64,000 nt of DNA. Source: Sphaerodactylus townsendi. Its lineage: Eukaryota. The stretch covers positions 77,872,001 to 77,936,000 of the forward strand of contig NC_059427.1 of NCBI RefSeq assembly GCF_021028975.2, read 5' to 3'. This document shows positions 40,428 through 53,597 of the stretch, in pieces. Numbering within the stretch: position 1 is the stretch's first letter; each line of letters opens with the position of its first letter. The notes under the pieces were generated by a model. It was given only the letters and a program-made list of their open reading frames with translations. It was not told where the DNA came from and ran no database searches. The position numbers and the translations under genes were made by a program.

Positions 40428-42066
40428 CTGATTTCATGGAACTATGAAATCAGTCTTAATGATAGGTAACAATGTCTACGGTTCTTCAGAAAATATCTAG
40501 ATTAGGACCTAGCAGAATTCTTCCAGTAAATATATCCAACTCCCATTTCCTGCAATACAATAGGTGAATGAACACTGGAATTCTTCAGAACACTGAAGTT
40601 CAGACCTGTAACCACATTTTAGTCTCTCCAAAGGGCAGTTCTTGGATATTTAGGTAAGCATGTTTAGGTAAGATATTTAGGTAAGCACTGTTTTTCACTA
40701 GGTAACATATGCCTGGGACCTTTAGGGATATCACAACCTAGAAACAAGCACTATGTAGTTCTTAGGCCTGCAGATCCAAGCTTACTTGGGATTACCAAGC
40801 TCTAGCTCCAATACTGAAAAGGCTCACTGTTTTAGCAGAAGAGAAATGCCTGGATTGTAGCGAGTTCTGCGCCTCCACCCAAATTCCATTATCACTTCTG
40901 GGGGCAGCAAGAGGGGAGTCATAATCTTCGTTATGGTAGTTCATTGTCAGGATAATTTTCAACCCAAGTTCTGAGATCTCTTCCATTTATCATTCAAAGA
41001 CAAAAATCAGCAGAATATTTGCCCACAACCCAAAGAGAGAGAACACTTTTTACCTAATTTAAAAGTAAAAATTCCACAATTGCACAAGTCACAGCTTAAA
41101 CCATCACCAAGTTTGGATTTCAGACCTCAAATAGCATACCAAAGGTCAAGGATGCCCTTAAGCAGAGGCCCAACACAGACAATAGCAACTTATCTAGACA
41201 AAGTAATTCATGTTGCACTTTTGATTTTTACCAGATATGGGTAAGAAGCAATATTAATAGAATGCAGATATATCCTCCGGGAGGGGGGGGGGGGACACAC
41301 CACATGTATCAAGATGATTATTAATTAAGAAAACTATAGGCTACAATTTCACAATGCATCCAAAATGGAAGGTGACAAATGAGTGGAAAATTCACTACAC
41401 TTGCTGCACTAGAAAAAATTCACTTAAGAATTAAAGACCACGCTTGAACACACATTGGCTGATTCTGAGTGGGTTTTCTGGGCATGTGTGTATGGTCACA
41501 GGTGGACCAACCAAGAACCAGTTGAATCGGCCATTAGAAGCTAGCCGACAATACGCATGGCTGAGTTAAGCCAGTCCAGATCATTGTGCTATCAAGCACA
41601 ATATTTTTATTGGCAGAAGCTCTCCAAGATCACAGACGGAGGTCCTTATCAGCCCTGTTCATAGAAACACCTTAAGAGAAACTGGGAACTCACCCAGGAC
41701 CTAATGTATGTGAGCTATACTTATTTTAGAATGGTCCGTTGGTCACTCACCGTGAAGGGGCCTTCTCCTAGTAGGCAAGGAGGACATCTTGGATGGGTGA
41801 TTCCTCACCCCTTCATCAGGGAGGGAGGAACAAGTTTTCTGCTACTTTCTGTTAGAGCCTTGTCAGTCATTTTCTGCCAGTGTTCTCCTGACAAAGCAGT
41901 AGTCAATGAAACAGAACAAGAAAACAAGATAGAACAGAACAACGGGTACATAAAATGTAGCAGAATTATAACATAGGCTCCTAACATGCCCCAAAACTCA
42001 GTTATAAGAAACAATAGGTAGGAGTCTTGGGCCCATACTGAGGACTGATTATAGTCAAGGGAGGGG

Positions 42067-42152
42067 CAAGATGTCCTTGCCTACCAGGAGGTTTCTTCAC
42101 GGTGAGTGACCAATGAACCATTCTCCTGGAGGCGGAGGACATCTTGGATGGG
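42067..42152. repeat. DIRS-A internal complementary region (ICR)
   Basis: Left half is complementary to 41730-41791; right half ttctcctggaggcggaggacatcttggatggg is complementary to 47756-47787. Confidence 0.9.
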
Positions 42153-45100
42153 ACCTCCCTGAGCAATGTTCCCAAATTTGGGAGGGATCACCTCAGTCCT
42201 GAATAATATGATCCAAGACCCTCTTCCCAAAAAGGGTTTTGGCTGAGGCCCAGGATTGGAGTTTGTAGTGCTTGACAAAAGACAAGGCAGAAGCCCAGAT
42301 GTCCTGCCTGCCTGCAGATGTCCTCGATAGAGATGTCCTTCCCACAAGGTGCTGCATTTGGTGGCAGACCAAGCTACACCAGTGGAAGGTGGGGAAAGGG
42401 ACCATTAGCAGCTTTGTGGAGGCCTCTACAGTAATGCACATTTTCAAGGCTGGAATTGCCGCCATAATAGTCATTATGAGGCCCCCAGGTTTCTTGCGGG
42501 GAGGTGACATTGATGAAAGAGGAGCTCTTGGGCAGCCGGACTGGATTCTGATCTAATGAAGTGAAGCCTTGCAGGTGCTCTATACACACGTCCAGGTTGT
42601 GCCAGAGTTTTTCTCTGGGGTGTGTAGGGTTAGGACAAAAGTTCAGAACAACCATTTGCTGCTTGAGGTGGAAATTGGAACTCAACCTTGGGTTTAAATG
42701 CCAGGTCGGACCTAAGCACTACACTGTCCTTGTGAAAAATGCAGAGATCTAGGAGAAAATATTGGACTGATAAATGCTGTATCAACTCTGAAGTGATTAA
42801 AGCGATTAGAAAAGAATAATTTCATCCTAGAACCATCTTGAGAAATGGACTGGATATTTAGCTTCGAAGAAGGGTGAGTGCGAGTGTGAGTGCTAGAGAG
42901 GAAGGGACCACTTTATGTAGCCACCTCAGGATGGGAATGGTAGGAGTGAATAGCAAGGGGTTGTATAGTTGAGGGTGTATACCTTTTTGAAAGGAATCCC
43001 TGACAATGTATGCGGAGATAGGCATTGAGGCTGGGATCCCATGGAAGGCAGAGGCCTACTGCGGTGGTAAGCTGCTGATCTGTCTTTACCAAAGTATTTA
43101 GCAGACAGATTTGGTTTTAGAAGGGAAAAAGACTTTGCCCTTGCTGAGATTCTGGCATGACATCCAGCAGTGGAGGTTGTTCCTCAGGGGATGTGGAAGT
43201 GACAGAATATGATCCGACTTGGACATGATCTGTAGTTGATGAGGTCGAAGGAACCATTGCAGGGGACTGGCATGGAAGCGTCCTCATTAAGTCATGTCGA
43301 TCACTGATGTGAACAGACTGAGAAGGCTGGCCAGCTGAAGAAGCAGGGCATGTTTGGCTCTGATTACGGAGGCCACTGAATGCAAAGAATCTTCTCTCTC
43401 GGGATGAACAGAGCACACCTCTGGGTATCTATTATGGCCCATAGATGCTCCAGCCTCTAGGTTGGAATGATGGAGCTCTTTTCCATGTTTATTAGGAACT
43501 CATGTCGCTGAAGGCAAGACCTGACTAAGGTGGAGTGGAGGATGGCCGGCTCCGCCATCTTGGACCATATGAGGATGTCGTCTAGAAAGGGGTAGACATG
43601 AATCCTGTTTTCTGAGAGATATGATGGGCACCAGTAGAACCTTGGAGAACACTCTTGGGGCTCTTGCGAGCCCGAACGGGAGTGCCCGGAACTGGAAATG
43701 TTTCAACCCAACTGCAAAGTGAAGAAACCATCTGTGGGAAGGGTGGGTAGGAATGTGGAAGTAGGCCTCTGTCAGGCCCAAGGAGGTGAGAAAATCTCCA
43801 GTTCTCAGTGCTGGAACGATGGATCTGAGTATTTCCATTCTGAACTTCTGAAGTTTGATGAATTTGTTTACAAACTGGAGATTGAGGATGGCCCTTCAGT
43901 CCCCTGATCTCTTGGGAAATGTAAAAAAGGTGGGAATCTAGCATCTCTCTGAGGACAAAACTGGCTCAATGGCTGCGATCTGTAGGAGGTGTTGTATTGC
44001 AGATGCTGTCCTCTTGGTCTTGTCCCGTCAAGAATGGATCGGAGAGGGGAAGAAGCGTGGGGATGGAATTTTGTAGAATTCTACTATCCCGACAAAACCA
44101 CCTCCCTGGTCCAAGCATCGACATTGGACCCAGCCCACTGGTGTTGGAAGCCTTGAGGAGGCATAGCCAACAGCTGCTGGTCAGAAGTAGTTACTTTGTT
44201 GGTCTGAGAAGCTGGAAAGGGGTTTTCTGACTGAGCCGGAAGTTATTGCATCTCTTGAAAGCGAATGAGGGATTAGACCATGAGGTGCCGAAAGGAGTCC
44301 AGAGGTTGACCAAGGCGTCTGCCATTCCTAGGGCCTACAGGAGTGCTCTCTAGTGTTCTGAAGGGTGATTGATCTATTCTGATGGAATAGAGGCAGCTCA
44401 GGCCTAGAAAAACTTGGGTTGGCCTTTTTCTTGTCCCTTGGTTTCCACTTGAAGGCACCACGATTGAGTTATTTTCTGAAGAGCATGGCACCCTGGAATG
44501 AGAGGTCTGCAACCAGGACATTGGAATGTTGGTCGGCCTGCTAGGTCCAAAGCCACCCATTGCATCGGGCAACGACCGTGGTGGCCATAGCTCAAGAAGA
44601 AGTGAGGAAGGCGTCGAAGTTGGAGTCTGATATGAAGGAAGCCCCCATGAGGACTCTCTCTACTCCCTCCCTGCGTCCCTGTTCCTCAGGCGGGACCATG
44701 TCCAAAATGAGCCAGACTATCATGGCTCTGGCCACTGCTGCAGAGGGGGCCTTCATGGTCATAGCGATCCATTCGTGCGATTTTCTCAGCATGGACTCAG
44801 ACCTCTTGTCTATGGGATCTCTGAGATTTCCCTTGCCATCCTTGGAAACTAAGCCCCACAATTGGAGGGACGCTACCGGAGCGTCTACCAAAGGCACTTG
44901 CAACATGCTGTGCATGTAACCAGGCACCATGTACAGTTTTTTTGAACATAGCAGGTAGTCCATTACTGGATGTGGGGTTGTCCCACTCCCTCCTGATGCA
45001 GCAAGCAAAGAACTCTGGAAGGGGAAAATAGTTTTGTACATTGTTCTGATGGGGAAAAAAGTCCTGGTTGCCCTTGGGGAACTCCTTGATTGGTTTAGAA

Positions 45101-45405
45101 GAGGCTGATGGGTCCTCTGCATCATCAGCACCTTGCAGGTCCAAGGCTGAGATAGTTTTAGATATCAGTAGGGAGAGCTCTTCGCCCTTAAAGAATCTAG
45201 CCAGCTGCTCAAGGTTCTCAGTAGGGGAATCCTCCATATCTGAAAAATGTTCAATAGATTCCCCATCCTCTGCCTCACTAATGCACTCTTTCCCAGGATA
45301 GCTTAAATAGTCCCTGTAAGCCTGGTCTGAAAATCTGGAGGGAGATCAGGATCTGGTCCTGGGAGCTTGATAGGTATTGGGGGGACCTCCCCGACTAGAC
45401 AGGAG

Positions 45406-46924
45406 CAGAGGCATTCCTCCCATTGGGCAAAGCGGGCAGTTGCAAACCCCAGAGGCGCAAAACTACTGAGTTACGTTTCTGGGATTTTTTGTATTTTCAG
45501 TGTTTTTCCGTTTTTGACCTGCAGAGGGTGCAGTTTTAGGCTAGCTCAGGGGTAGGGAACCTGCGGCTCTCCAGATGTTCAGGAACTACAATTCCCATCA
45601 GCCTCTGTCAGCATGGCCAATTGGCCATGCTGGTAGAAACTGATAGAGTATGGACTCTGGAAAACCTGGAATGGAAACTAACTTTAACATAAAAAATTTC
45701 AGGGATGTTTCAGGAGACTCTCCTGATGCTATCACCCAGGTTTGGTGAGGTTTGGTTCAAGGAGTCCAAAGTTATGGACTCCCAAAGGGTGTGCCCCATC
45801 CCCATTGTTTCCAATGGAGCTAATAGGAGATGGGGCTACACCTTTGAAACTCGATAACTTTGGACCCCCTGAACCAAACTTCACCAAACCTGGGTGATAG
45901 CATCAGGAGAGTCTCTTACTGATACCACCCAGGTTTGGTGAAGTTTGGTTCAGGGGGTCCACAGTTATCGAGTTTCAAAGTGGGTGCCCCATCACCCATT
46001 GTTTCCAATGGGAGCTAACAGAAGATGGGGGCTATACCTTTGAGGGTCCATAACTTTGGACCCCCTGAACCAAACTTCACCAAACCTGGGTGGTATCATT
46101 AGAAAAGTCCCCTAAAGATACCCTGAAAGTTTGGTGCTGTTAGCTTAACAATTGCACCCCCGACAGCAGGCACCCCTCAAACTCCCCCAGATTCTCCTTT
46201 TAAATCCCTTCGGCTTGGATTTTTTAAATCCCTTCGGCATGGATTTAAAGGGAGAATCTGAGGTCCCCAGTTTAAACATCAAAAGTGATGCTGTTTCAGA
46301 GTGGGGGAGAATCAATCCCAAAATAGCATCACTGGGAACCCCAGATTCTCCCTTTAAGGTAGATTTAAAAGGAGAATCTGGAGTCCCTAATTTAAACACC
46401 ATTGAAAATGATGCTGTTTGGGGTGGATTGCAGCATCACTTGTTTAAACTAGGGAGCCCAGATTCTCCTTTTAAATCCACCTTAAAGGGAGAATCTGGGG
46501 TTCCCAGTTTAAATAACATTGAAAGTGATGCTGTTTCCCCCAATTGGGGGGACTGGATAAAACACCATAAAATGTTTTCATAGCAATAATAAAACATTTG
46601 GAAAGCATTTTGAAAATGTTTTCAAAAGAAATATTTATGCTGTGTGGCATGGCCTATTGCTGTGTTCAGATTTGTGAGTCAGGGCATGTTCTATAATGTG
46701 ATGACGACTTTGAAACGACCTGGTGTAAAAAATCATTGCTTGGTCACAGTGTGGGAGGGTGGCTGCCCATGGGGGGGGGGGGGGCGCCAAACTCCAGTTT
46801 GCCTAGATACGCCACTGGGCGTAGCTACAAGGGGATGGGGGGTGCGCATTGCACCAGGCACACACCTGGGGGGCATCAACTTCAGGTTTTGCCCAGGGCT
46901 CCAGATTGCCTAGCTATGCCACTG
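45406..46924. mobile_element. Composite non-autonomous hAT-type element inserted in DIRS-A
   Basis: Ends cagaggcatt.../...tatgccactg; 8-bp TSD gacaggag / gacagcag (1 mismatch); contains a MITE fragment (45547-45640) and palindromic tandem modules. Confidence 0.75.
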
Positions 46925-48872
46925 GACAGCAGGTTGTCGAGGTCCTCTCTCATAGCACTTCTGAGAGAGGAAGCAAAATCAGTTGCTGAGGCCTATTGTC
47001 TTGAAGGGAAGGTCTATCATCTAGGGGGGCAGATCTACCGCCTTGGAGGACAGGTCTACCCCCACCATTCCCCCCAAGCCCGGAACAACCTTGCCTGCTT
47101 GTAGAGGCTTGCGAGGTCTCTGGATCCTCTGAGATGGCGTCAACGCAGTTCCTGGGCGGTGGCTGATCTCTGGAGCGGTCCTGGGATGCTGTTGGCTGGC
47201 ACTTGCTTTTTTGTGCGTCCCCGCTCCTCTGTTTGAGGCTGGGAAGAACCCGGCTTGGCTCCTGGTCTCCTGTGTGTGCCCTGTTTGGCAAGAGCCTGAC
47301 GGCTTCTCGGGTGGGTGATATGTGCCCTGGTTGGCGAGAACCTGACACACTCCCAAGTGGGCTAACTTTGCTCTTGCTGCTGCCTGAGTTCTCTCTGCAG
47401 CTGACTTTCCACACTTCTCCTTGTTGGGAGAAAAAAATCTGGCGGCCCTCTTGGAGGCCAGCAAAGAAGGCAAGAGATTTCCCAGGGAAGAAAACTCACC
47501 CAGAAAAAAGTCACTCCCCCACAAGGAAACAGAGAAACTGGATTTAAAGGGTACAGAGGGGTACAAGAAGATGTGAAAAGTGCAGAAAAACAAGGCTAAA
47601 TAGAGAAACAGGAAGACAAGAAGTCAGGAGCCTGGAAGGACTATGCTCTCCCTGTTAGAGGCAGGAAAAATACTGGCAGAAAATGGCCAACGAGCCTCTA
47701 ACAGGAAGTAGCAGAAAACTTGTTCCTACCTCCCTGATAAAGGGGTGAGGAATCACCCATCCAAGATGTCCTCTGCCTCCAGGAGAAACACTATTAACAA
47801 GATTCACTTGCACCTTTGAGAGTAATACTTACAGAGCATACTTACTGTATATATTTAAAAGATGGTCTAAATAGTACAACAGGGTTTTCTTAATATTATT
47901 TTTCTTTAAAAACTGTAAGTGCAGTTATTTAATTTCTCCCGCATAGCTACCAATATCTGTGAATTTCTATGTCCTCGGTTTCACATAAAGTTCTTAAGAC
48001 ACTGCTTGATATGAAACTTACACTCCCCTCCTATTGAGTATATATGCTAGATAGGCAGCTATCACAGACCTGAAAACTACTAACCAGAATTTCTCTCTGA
48101 CTGCAATTCATGAATTAACCCAGCATGGAATTTCCTTTTAGAAATGCTGTTAGCAAGAACAGCACTGAGTTGCCAAAGCTTACAAAAGTTCAGTTTATTC
48201 AACAATTTTGTTGAAGGCTAAGAGGGAGGAAGGGAAGGAAATGGCCCAGAGCAAATTCAGGAAAAATAAAACAGGTACTTCCCACCCACACTCACCTTTA
48301 AGCAAACCCACTTCCAGGATAATTTATTGATTAAACCCACCTGTACAAACAATGTAGGTTTCCCAAAGGCAGCTGAAAATAAGTTTTTATCAGGAACTTT
48401 TGTGCGCATCTGTTAAACTGGCATTAACAGAGTTCTTTTGCTGGGAAATTTCCCATCCTGAATACATATTCATTATGCAGCTATAAAGAATTGTCATCAC
48501 TTGTAAGTACAGGTCAGAATTCTTCATAATCCAATCGGATCCTTTTTGCTGCATGTTCTGCTTACCCCTCATTGTAGCTAAGAGGAAAGAAATTCTGAAT
48601 TACCATATTAATGAATTATACCAAGGTCATAAATAATTGACACATTATTCTAGTGTGCATGTTTCTTCCTTAACTGTTTCAAAACATAAAACTTTAAAGA
48701 CACAAAGCTGGCTCACAATAGTAATTTGTAACAGCAGTGTAATGAAGTTAATAATAAAGTATTCCTTGAGATGAATTTGGAATATGTTGACTGCATATTC
48801 CTCATATCACCTTTTTTACACAAAATGTATTCACAGCATTATTAAAAGGCAGTTCATTTGTAACTAAAGTAC

Positions 48873-48875
<3 letters not shown>

Positions 48876-48908
<33 letters not shown>

Positions 48909-48911
48909 TTT
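48876..48911. repeat. (ATTT)n microsatellite
   Basis: Direct reading; adjoins an L2 tail. Confidence 0.9.
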
Positions 48912-48929
48912 TGTTGTTGCATTTGCGTA

Positions 48930-49935
48930 CATTTATTTATTTATTTATTTGTGAAAAGTATTGTTGAATTTTTATACCGCCCTATCCCGAGGGGGCTCCG
49001 GGCGGTGTACAACAATAAACATAATAAAATGGTAAAATCTTTAAAAGCTGCGATAAAACAGTAAAAGCTAAATCTTATAAATACAATACAATACAATACA
49101 ATAAAAATACAATAATAAATGTAATACAATAAAAATACAATAATAAATATAAATGGCATCCAGCTGCTCTGTGCATTGTTTGAGAATCCTCTTCCCCCCC
49201 AAGAGGGAGGAATGGCAGAGTCCCCAGATGTAGAGGAGACCACCCATGGGGAGGCAGAGGGGGCCATGACGGGAGGCACCATCAGCGGGCGGTTCCACTC
49301 CGAAAGGCCGGCCAGAAGGACAGCTCCGTCTTACAGGCCCTCGCTGGAGACTCACCAAGAGTCCTGCGGGGAACCGAGACAGTTGGAGGAAAGAAGCGTT
49401 CCACCAGGCCGGGGCCCAAGAGCCGTGAAGAGCCCTGGCCGATGTGGGAGGCCAACCGCATCACCCGAGGAGCTAGGGACCACAAGTAGGGTTGGCCTCA
49501 ACTGATCGAGAGAGAGAGAGAAGCGGTACCAGGGGACATATGGGGTGATCGCGGTCTGAGAGAAGATCACCGATGGTCCCAGGCCGCGTAAGGCCTTAAA
49601 GGTCAACACCAACACCTTGAAGATGATCCGGAGACTCTACTGGGAGCCAATGCAGCTGGCGCTTGGCACAGAGCTGGATGTGTTTCCCAGGTGGCGCTGC
49701 CTAACTGAGACAATAGCGCGCGCCGCATGCTGCACCAGTTTTAGTCTCGGATCAAAGCGCTGAAAGGAGAAGGCCAGCGTAGGAAGCTGAGTTACAATAG
49801 TCTAATCTGGAGATGACCGTTGCATGGATCACTGTGGCTAGATCCGCTTGGGAGAGGAAGGGGGCCAGCCGCCGGGCCTGGCGAAGATGGAAAAAGGCAA
49901 CCCGGGTTATATGGGCACCTGGGTCTCCATTGAGA
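48930..49935 (-). mobile_element. L2-type LINE 3-prime portion
   Basis: AFFHLRQARRLAPFL..ATVIHATVISRLDYCNS; VLVLTFKALRGLGP; tail with (tattg)n and aataaa repeats. Confidence 0.9.
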
Positions 49936-50941
49936 GAGACGAATCCAGGTGGACCCCCAGGCTGCGCACGGAGGGGGTCGGCGCCAATATGGCCCCCTCC
50001 CACACCGGCGGCTGAAAAGTTAAATATTCTGCTTATTTGAGCCATATTTTTTAACCTTTCTTCCCTCACTCTTGAGAGGCACAAGTTAGCGATTCAGCAT
50101 GATGCATGTATTATTTATCTGACACGCCTGAGCAACAGCCAAAAAGACTGAAACACTCAGCAAATCCAAATGAATAGGCAGATCATTCAAATAGGACTAT
50201 ATGTAACTTCACAAAGAGTTTGGAAAATTAGGTGATTAGTTAACAGAGCTTTGGACTGGGAAAGAGATGTTTGTTGAGAAAAACCTTAGGCTAATTTTGT
50301 TTGGACATGATCCAATAATGCTGTGAATACATAGCATGGTCACAGAAAACTTGTACCCTGAGATCCTCAGCATAAGACAGAGCCATTCTAACAAGATTAT
50401 AACACTCACTAACTTCCGCGCCTTGGTGAGATGTTGCATCAAGTATACCGAATAGAGGAATGGGCAGCAGTCCCAAATGGGAGAATTGTGTAGGGGTGTT
50501 AAGTTATATTATACCATATACTTTCTTGTCCAAATACACCACAAACAATCATGGCTATGCCACAGACTGATCACCTGTGCTAGACCTACATCAAACCAAT
50601 GTATGCATGTAACTACTTTGCCAATATATAAATGGCTAATATTCTCCAAGACCATGTTTAAATTAAAGCATCATACACATTCTTTTACCTTCTAATATAT
50701 TCTAATTACCCTTCTCTAATATATTCTAATCAGCATTTTTTCAATGTATATTTATAGACAATTTCATACTATTAATTAGAAGTCCAAATGATGGACAGTA
50801 TTCAGCCAAAGTAAAGAAATTCTATTACACTAAAGTCCACACCACAGCTGCTTCATAGAAAGGTAGCTCTAATATCTAATAGGTCTCAGTTCCCAGGTAG
50901 AAATGAAGGCTTATAAATGCTATAAATAAATATATCAATTA

Positions 50942-51689
50942 CCGCATATACTCGCATATAAGTCGAATTTCTCAGCACATTTTTGTGCTGAAAAAGCCCC
51001 CCTCGACTTGTACGCGAGTGAGGTGTAGTTTAAAAAATATTTTAGGGTTTTTACTTTGTCGGCTGCCAGGGTTAGGGTTAGTTTTTAGGCTAGCAGCACC
51101 AAAATTCCAGGGTATCATCAGGTGACACTCCTGATGATACCAGCCAGGTTTGGTGAAGTTTGGGTCAGGGGGTCCAAAGTTATGGATCCCCAAAGGGGGT
51201 GCTCCCATCCCCCATTGTTTCCAATGTGAGATAATAGTAGATGGGGCTACACTTTTGAGGGTCCATAACTTTGGACCCCCTGAACCAAACTTCACCAAAC
51301 CTGGGTGTTATCATCAGAAGGGTCTCCTAAAGATACTCTGAAATGTTGGTACTGCTAACATAAACATTCCTCCCCTGACAGGCACTCTCGAATTTTCCCC
51401 AGATTCTCCCTTTAAATCACCCCCTCCTTCTGAGTGGATTTAAAGGGAGAATCAGGATTTACAGAGCTAGTTTACTGTTTTTCTTGAAAAAAATATTCAA
51501 AAACATTTAACCTACTGATGCCACAATTAATGTAATTTTATTGGTATCTATTTTTTTTAAAATTTACCAGTAGCTGCTGCATTTCCCACCCTCTACTTAT
51601 ACGTGAGTCAATAAGTTTTCCCAGTTTTTTGTGGTAAAATTAGGTGCCTCGACTTATATGCGGGTCGACTTATACACGAGTATATACGG
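50942..51689. mobile_element. Complete Tc1/mariner-superfamily MITE (748 bp) with TA TSD
   Basis: TA-ccgcatatactcgcatataagtcga ... tcgacttatacacgagtatatacgg-TA. Confidence 0.9.
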
Positions 51690-51847
51690 TATATAATAAA
51701 ATGGAGGTACATACATGTGGTTGCAAAGGAAGACAAAAGCAATATTTATGATAAACATACAATAGCTAACATCTTCCCATCCACAAATATTTTGACAGGT
51801 TGAAACTGTTGTATATCCAACATGCAAAGACTTCATCAATTCACAGG

Positions 51848-52170
51848 GGGTGCAGAGGACGCTGGGGAGCAATCACCTCGATGGCATCGGGGAGCCTGGA
51901 GTTCCAGTCTTCCACCTGATCATCAAGAGTGCCGGGGGCTCAGGATCCCGCAGAGCATTCAAGAATCCAGCAGGATCTGAAGTCTCCGCAGGCGGACATA
52001 AATCAGCCCATCGCCTAGACAAGCTTGGCACAGCAAGTCCACCCGAACCTTCAGGGCATAATGGTCGAACCATGGCACTCTATCAATAGAGGATATGACC
52101 ATATCAACTCCTGACCCAAAGACCAAATCCAAAGTGTGACCAGCCTCATGGGTGAGGCCAGAATTTATCA
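51848..52170 (-). mobile_element. L2-type LINE endonuclease fragment
   Basis: THEAGHTLDLVF and WFDHY (SDH-type) APE motifs in ORF 51959..52276. Confidence 0.75.
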
Positions 52171-52479
52171 AGGAGAGGTCTAGCGTCATACTCTGGGATG
52201 CTAGGAGAGGCCTTAGTGTACTCTGAGAGACAGTTACACCACACAGAACACTTACTAGAGATGGTCCTTGAGGCATGCGGGCCTCAAGTAATGAAGGATT
52301 GGTAAGATCACACCATTAGCCTGCTATAATCGTACTACCTACTCAGCTCCAAAGAGTCACATCTCTCACACCAAAAGGAAAAGATCTGAGAGTTTTGACA
52401 CTGAGGTACCTAGCTCCTTTTAGTTATTGGCAGGCCAGTGTTAACACTGTACCATCACATATTGTATTATTCTACAGTC

Positions 52480-53340
52480 TGCAGGTCTTTCAAAACACCA
52501 GATTTTTTTTTTCAGATGATACGTGCAAGAGGCTTTCAGATGATTCTGCCAGTTTCCATATATATAAGATTATGAAGGAACATGGTAGCATGTCAAAAGG
52601 AGGAGAAACAGAAGATTTCAACACTACAGAACCAGAATCTTCAGGAATAGCCTTGTTAGACATACTATGATAAAGCAGGGCTTAAAACAAAAGCTTTCAA
52701 TTTAATATGATAACCTGTAAGACATTCTTGGTAAAGTCCTATACCTAGTCAAGACACCATTTTCTGCATGGAGGTCCAAAAAGGAATAACAAAATGTATT
52801 AATGATATGCGACAGTTTCACTTATCAAGACTAAACAGCAGCAGAACTGGTGAGGAGTAATGGCCTGGAATCAGGACCATTGCTCTGGTAAAAGGAACGC
52901 TAAGTGGGTGTGGTCACCTAGCCACTAAAAGTGAGACTGCTACTCAAGGGTGAAAACTATGGAACTATAATTTTTGGATAACAGATGGAATATGGCAGAC
53001 AATTATTTACTTTCAGATTTGCTCAGAGGACATAATCTCCTTTCAAGATATTCAGCTCTCTTCAGGATTGTGCTAACTAAATTATCTTGAAACTTCCTTC
53101 AAAGATGACACAGTTGTCATCAGAGTGGCAGGCAAATGCATGTTTCAGTAAGTTTCCACGTACAAGCTCAACTAACTAGGAAAGGAGTATAGGCTAGCAT
53201 GACCCTCAGTTTCTCTCTCAGTTAAAACAAACAAGTCTTGTTAGCAGTGTTCTTGCTACTGAACGCTGACCAGCACAGTCTTCAGACACCCAAAAGAACC
53301 AGCCAGCATTCTGGGATATAGTTCCAAGTTCCCATTCTCC
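52480..53340 (+). mobile_element. Probable highly degenerate DIRS relic
   Basis: Weak similarity to DIRS gag (RFF.., KRNA.., IFG) and cttcagacacccaaaagaacc resembling the DIRS-B FGHPEID segment. Confidence 0.35.
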
Positions 53341-53597
53341 TAGCACAATTTCATTTTAAATGATACAGAGAAGAATATTTCAGATAAGAATGTGACACTG
53401 CCCTCTGGAACCTGCTGTACAAATTAACTGTTCCACAGTATACTTGGACCTACGTAAAAGGTGACATGAAAATCCTAATACTAGCACACTAAGTACCTTT
53501 TTAAAGTGTAAACTGAAACTCCAAAACAGCACTATGTCCAATAAATGTTTTAAAATAAGTTCCAGATCTTCCACCTACTAACAGTTTTAAATGCATG

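Larger units (their letters stand above)
41730..47788 (-). mobile_element. Full-length DIRS1-type tyrosine-recombinase retrotransposon (DIRS-A), degenerate, with nested hAT element
   Basis: Inverted repeats 41763-41890 and 47662-47788; ICR 42067-42152; gag 44300-45300; RT ..FQFRALPFGLARAPRVFSK..VYPFLDDIL (43500-43950); YR remnant ..SFVKHYKL (~42200-43100). Confidence 0.93.

Noticed and set aside
40430-41330. Possible further DIRS relics here and at 20960-21330 and 14385-14640
   Set aside because: Similarity too weak to support by eye; needs a profile search.
45690-46540. Regularly spaced palindromic repeats superficially like a CRISPR array
   Set aside because: Eukaryotic intron; the intervening sequences are themselves repeated rather than unique spacers, and there are no cas genes.
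46145-46583. Repetitive ORFs (..LKGESGVPSLN..) on both strands; similarly 50972..51341 (KFGSGGPKLW)
   Set aside because: Translations of palindromic non-coding repeat modules; the same peptide appears on both strands.
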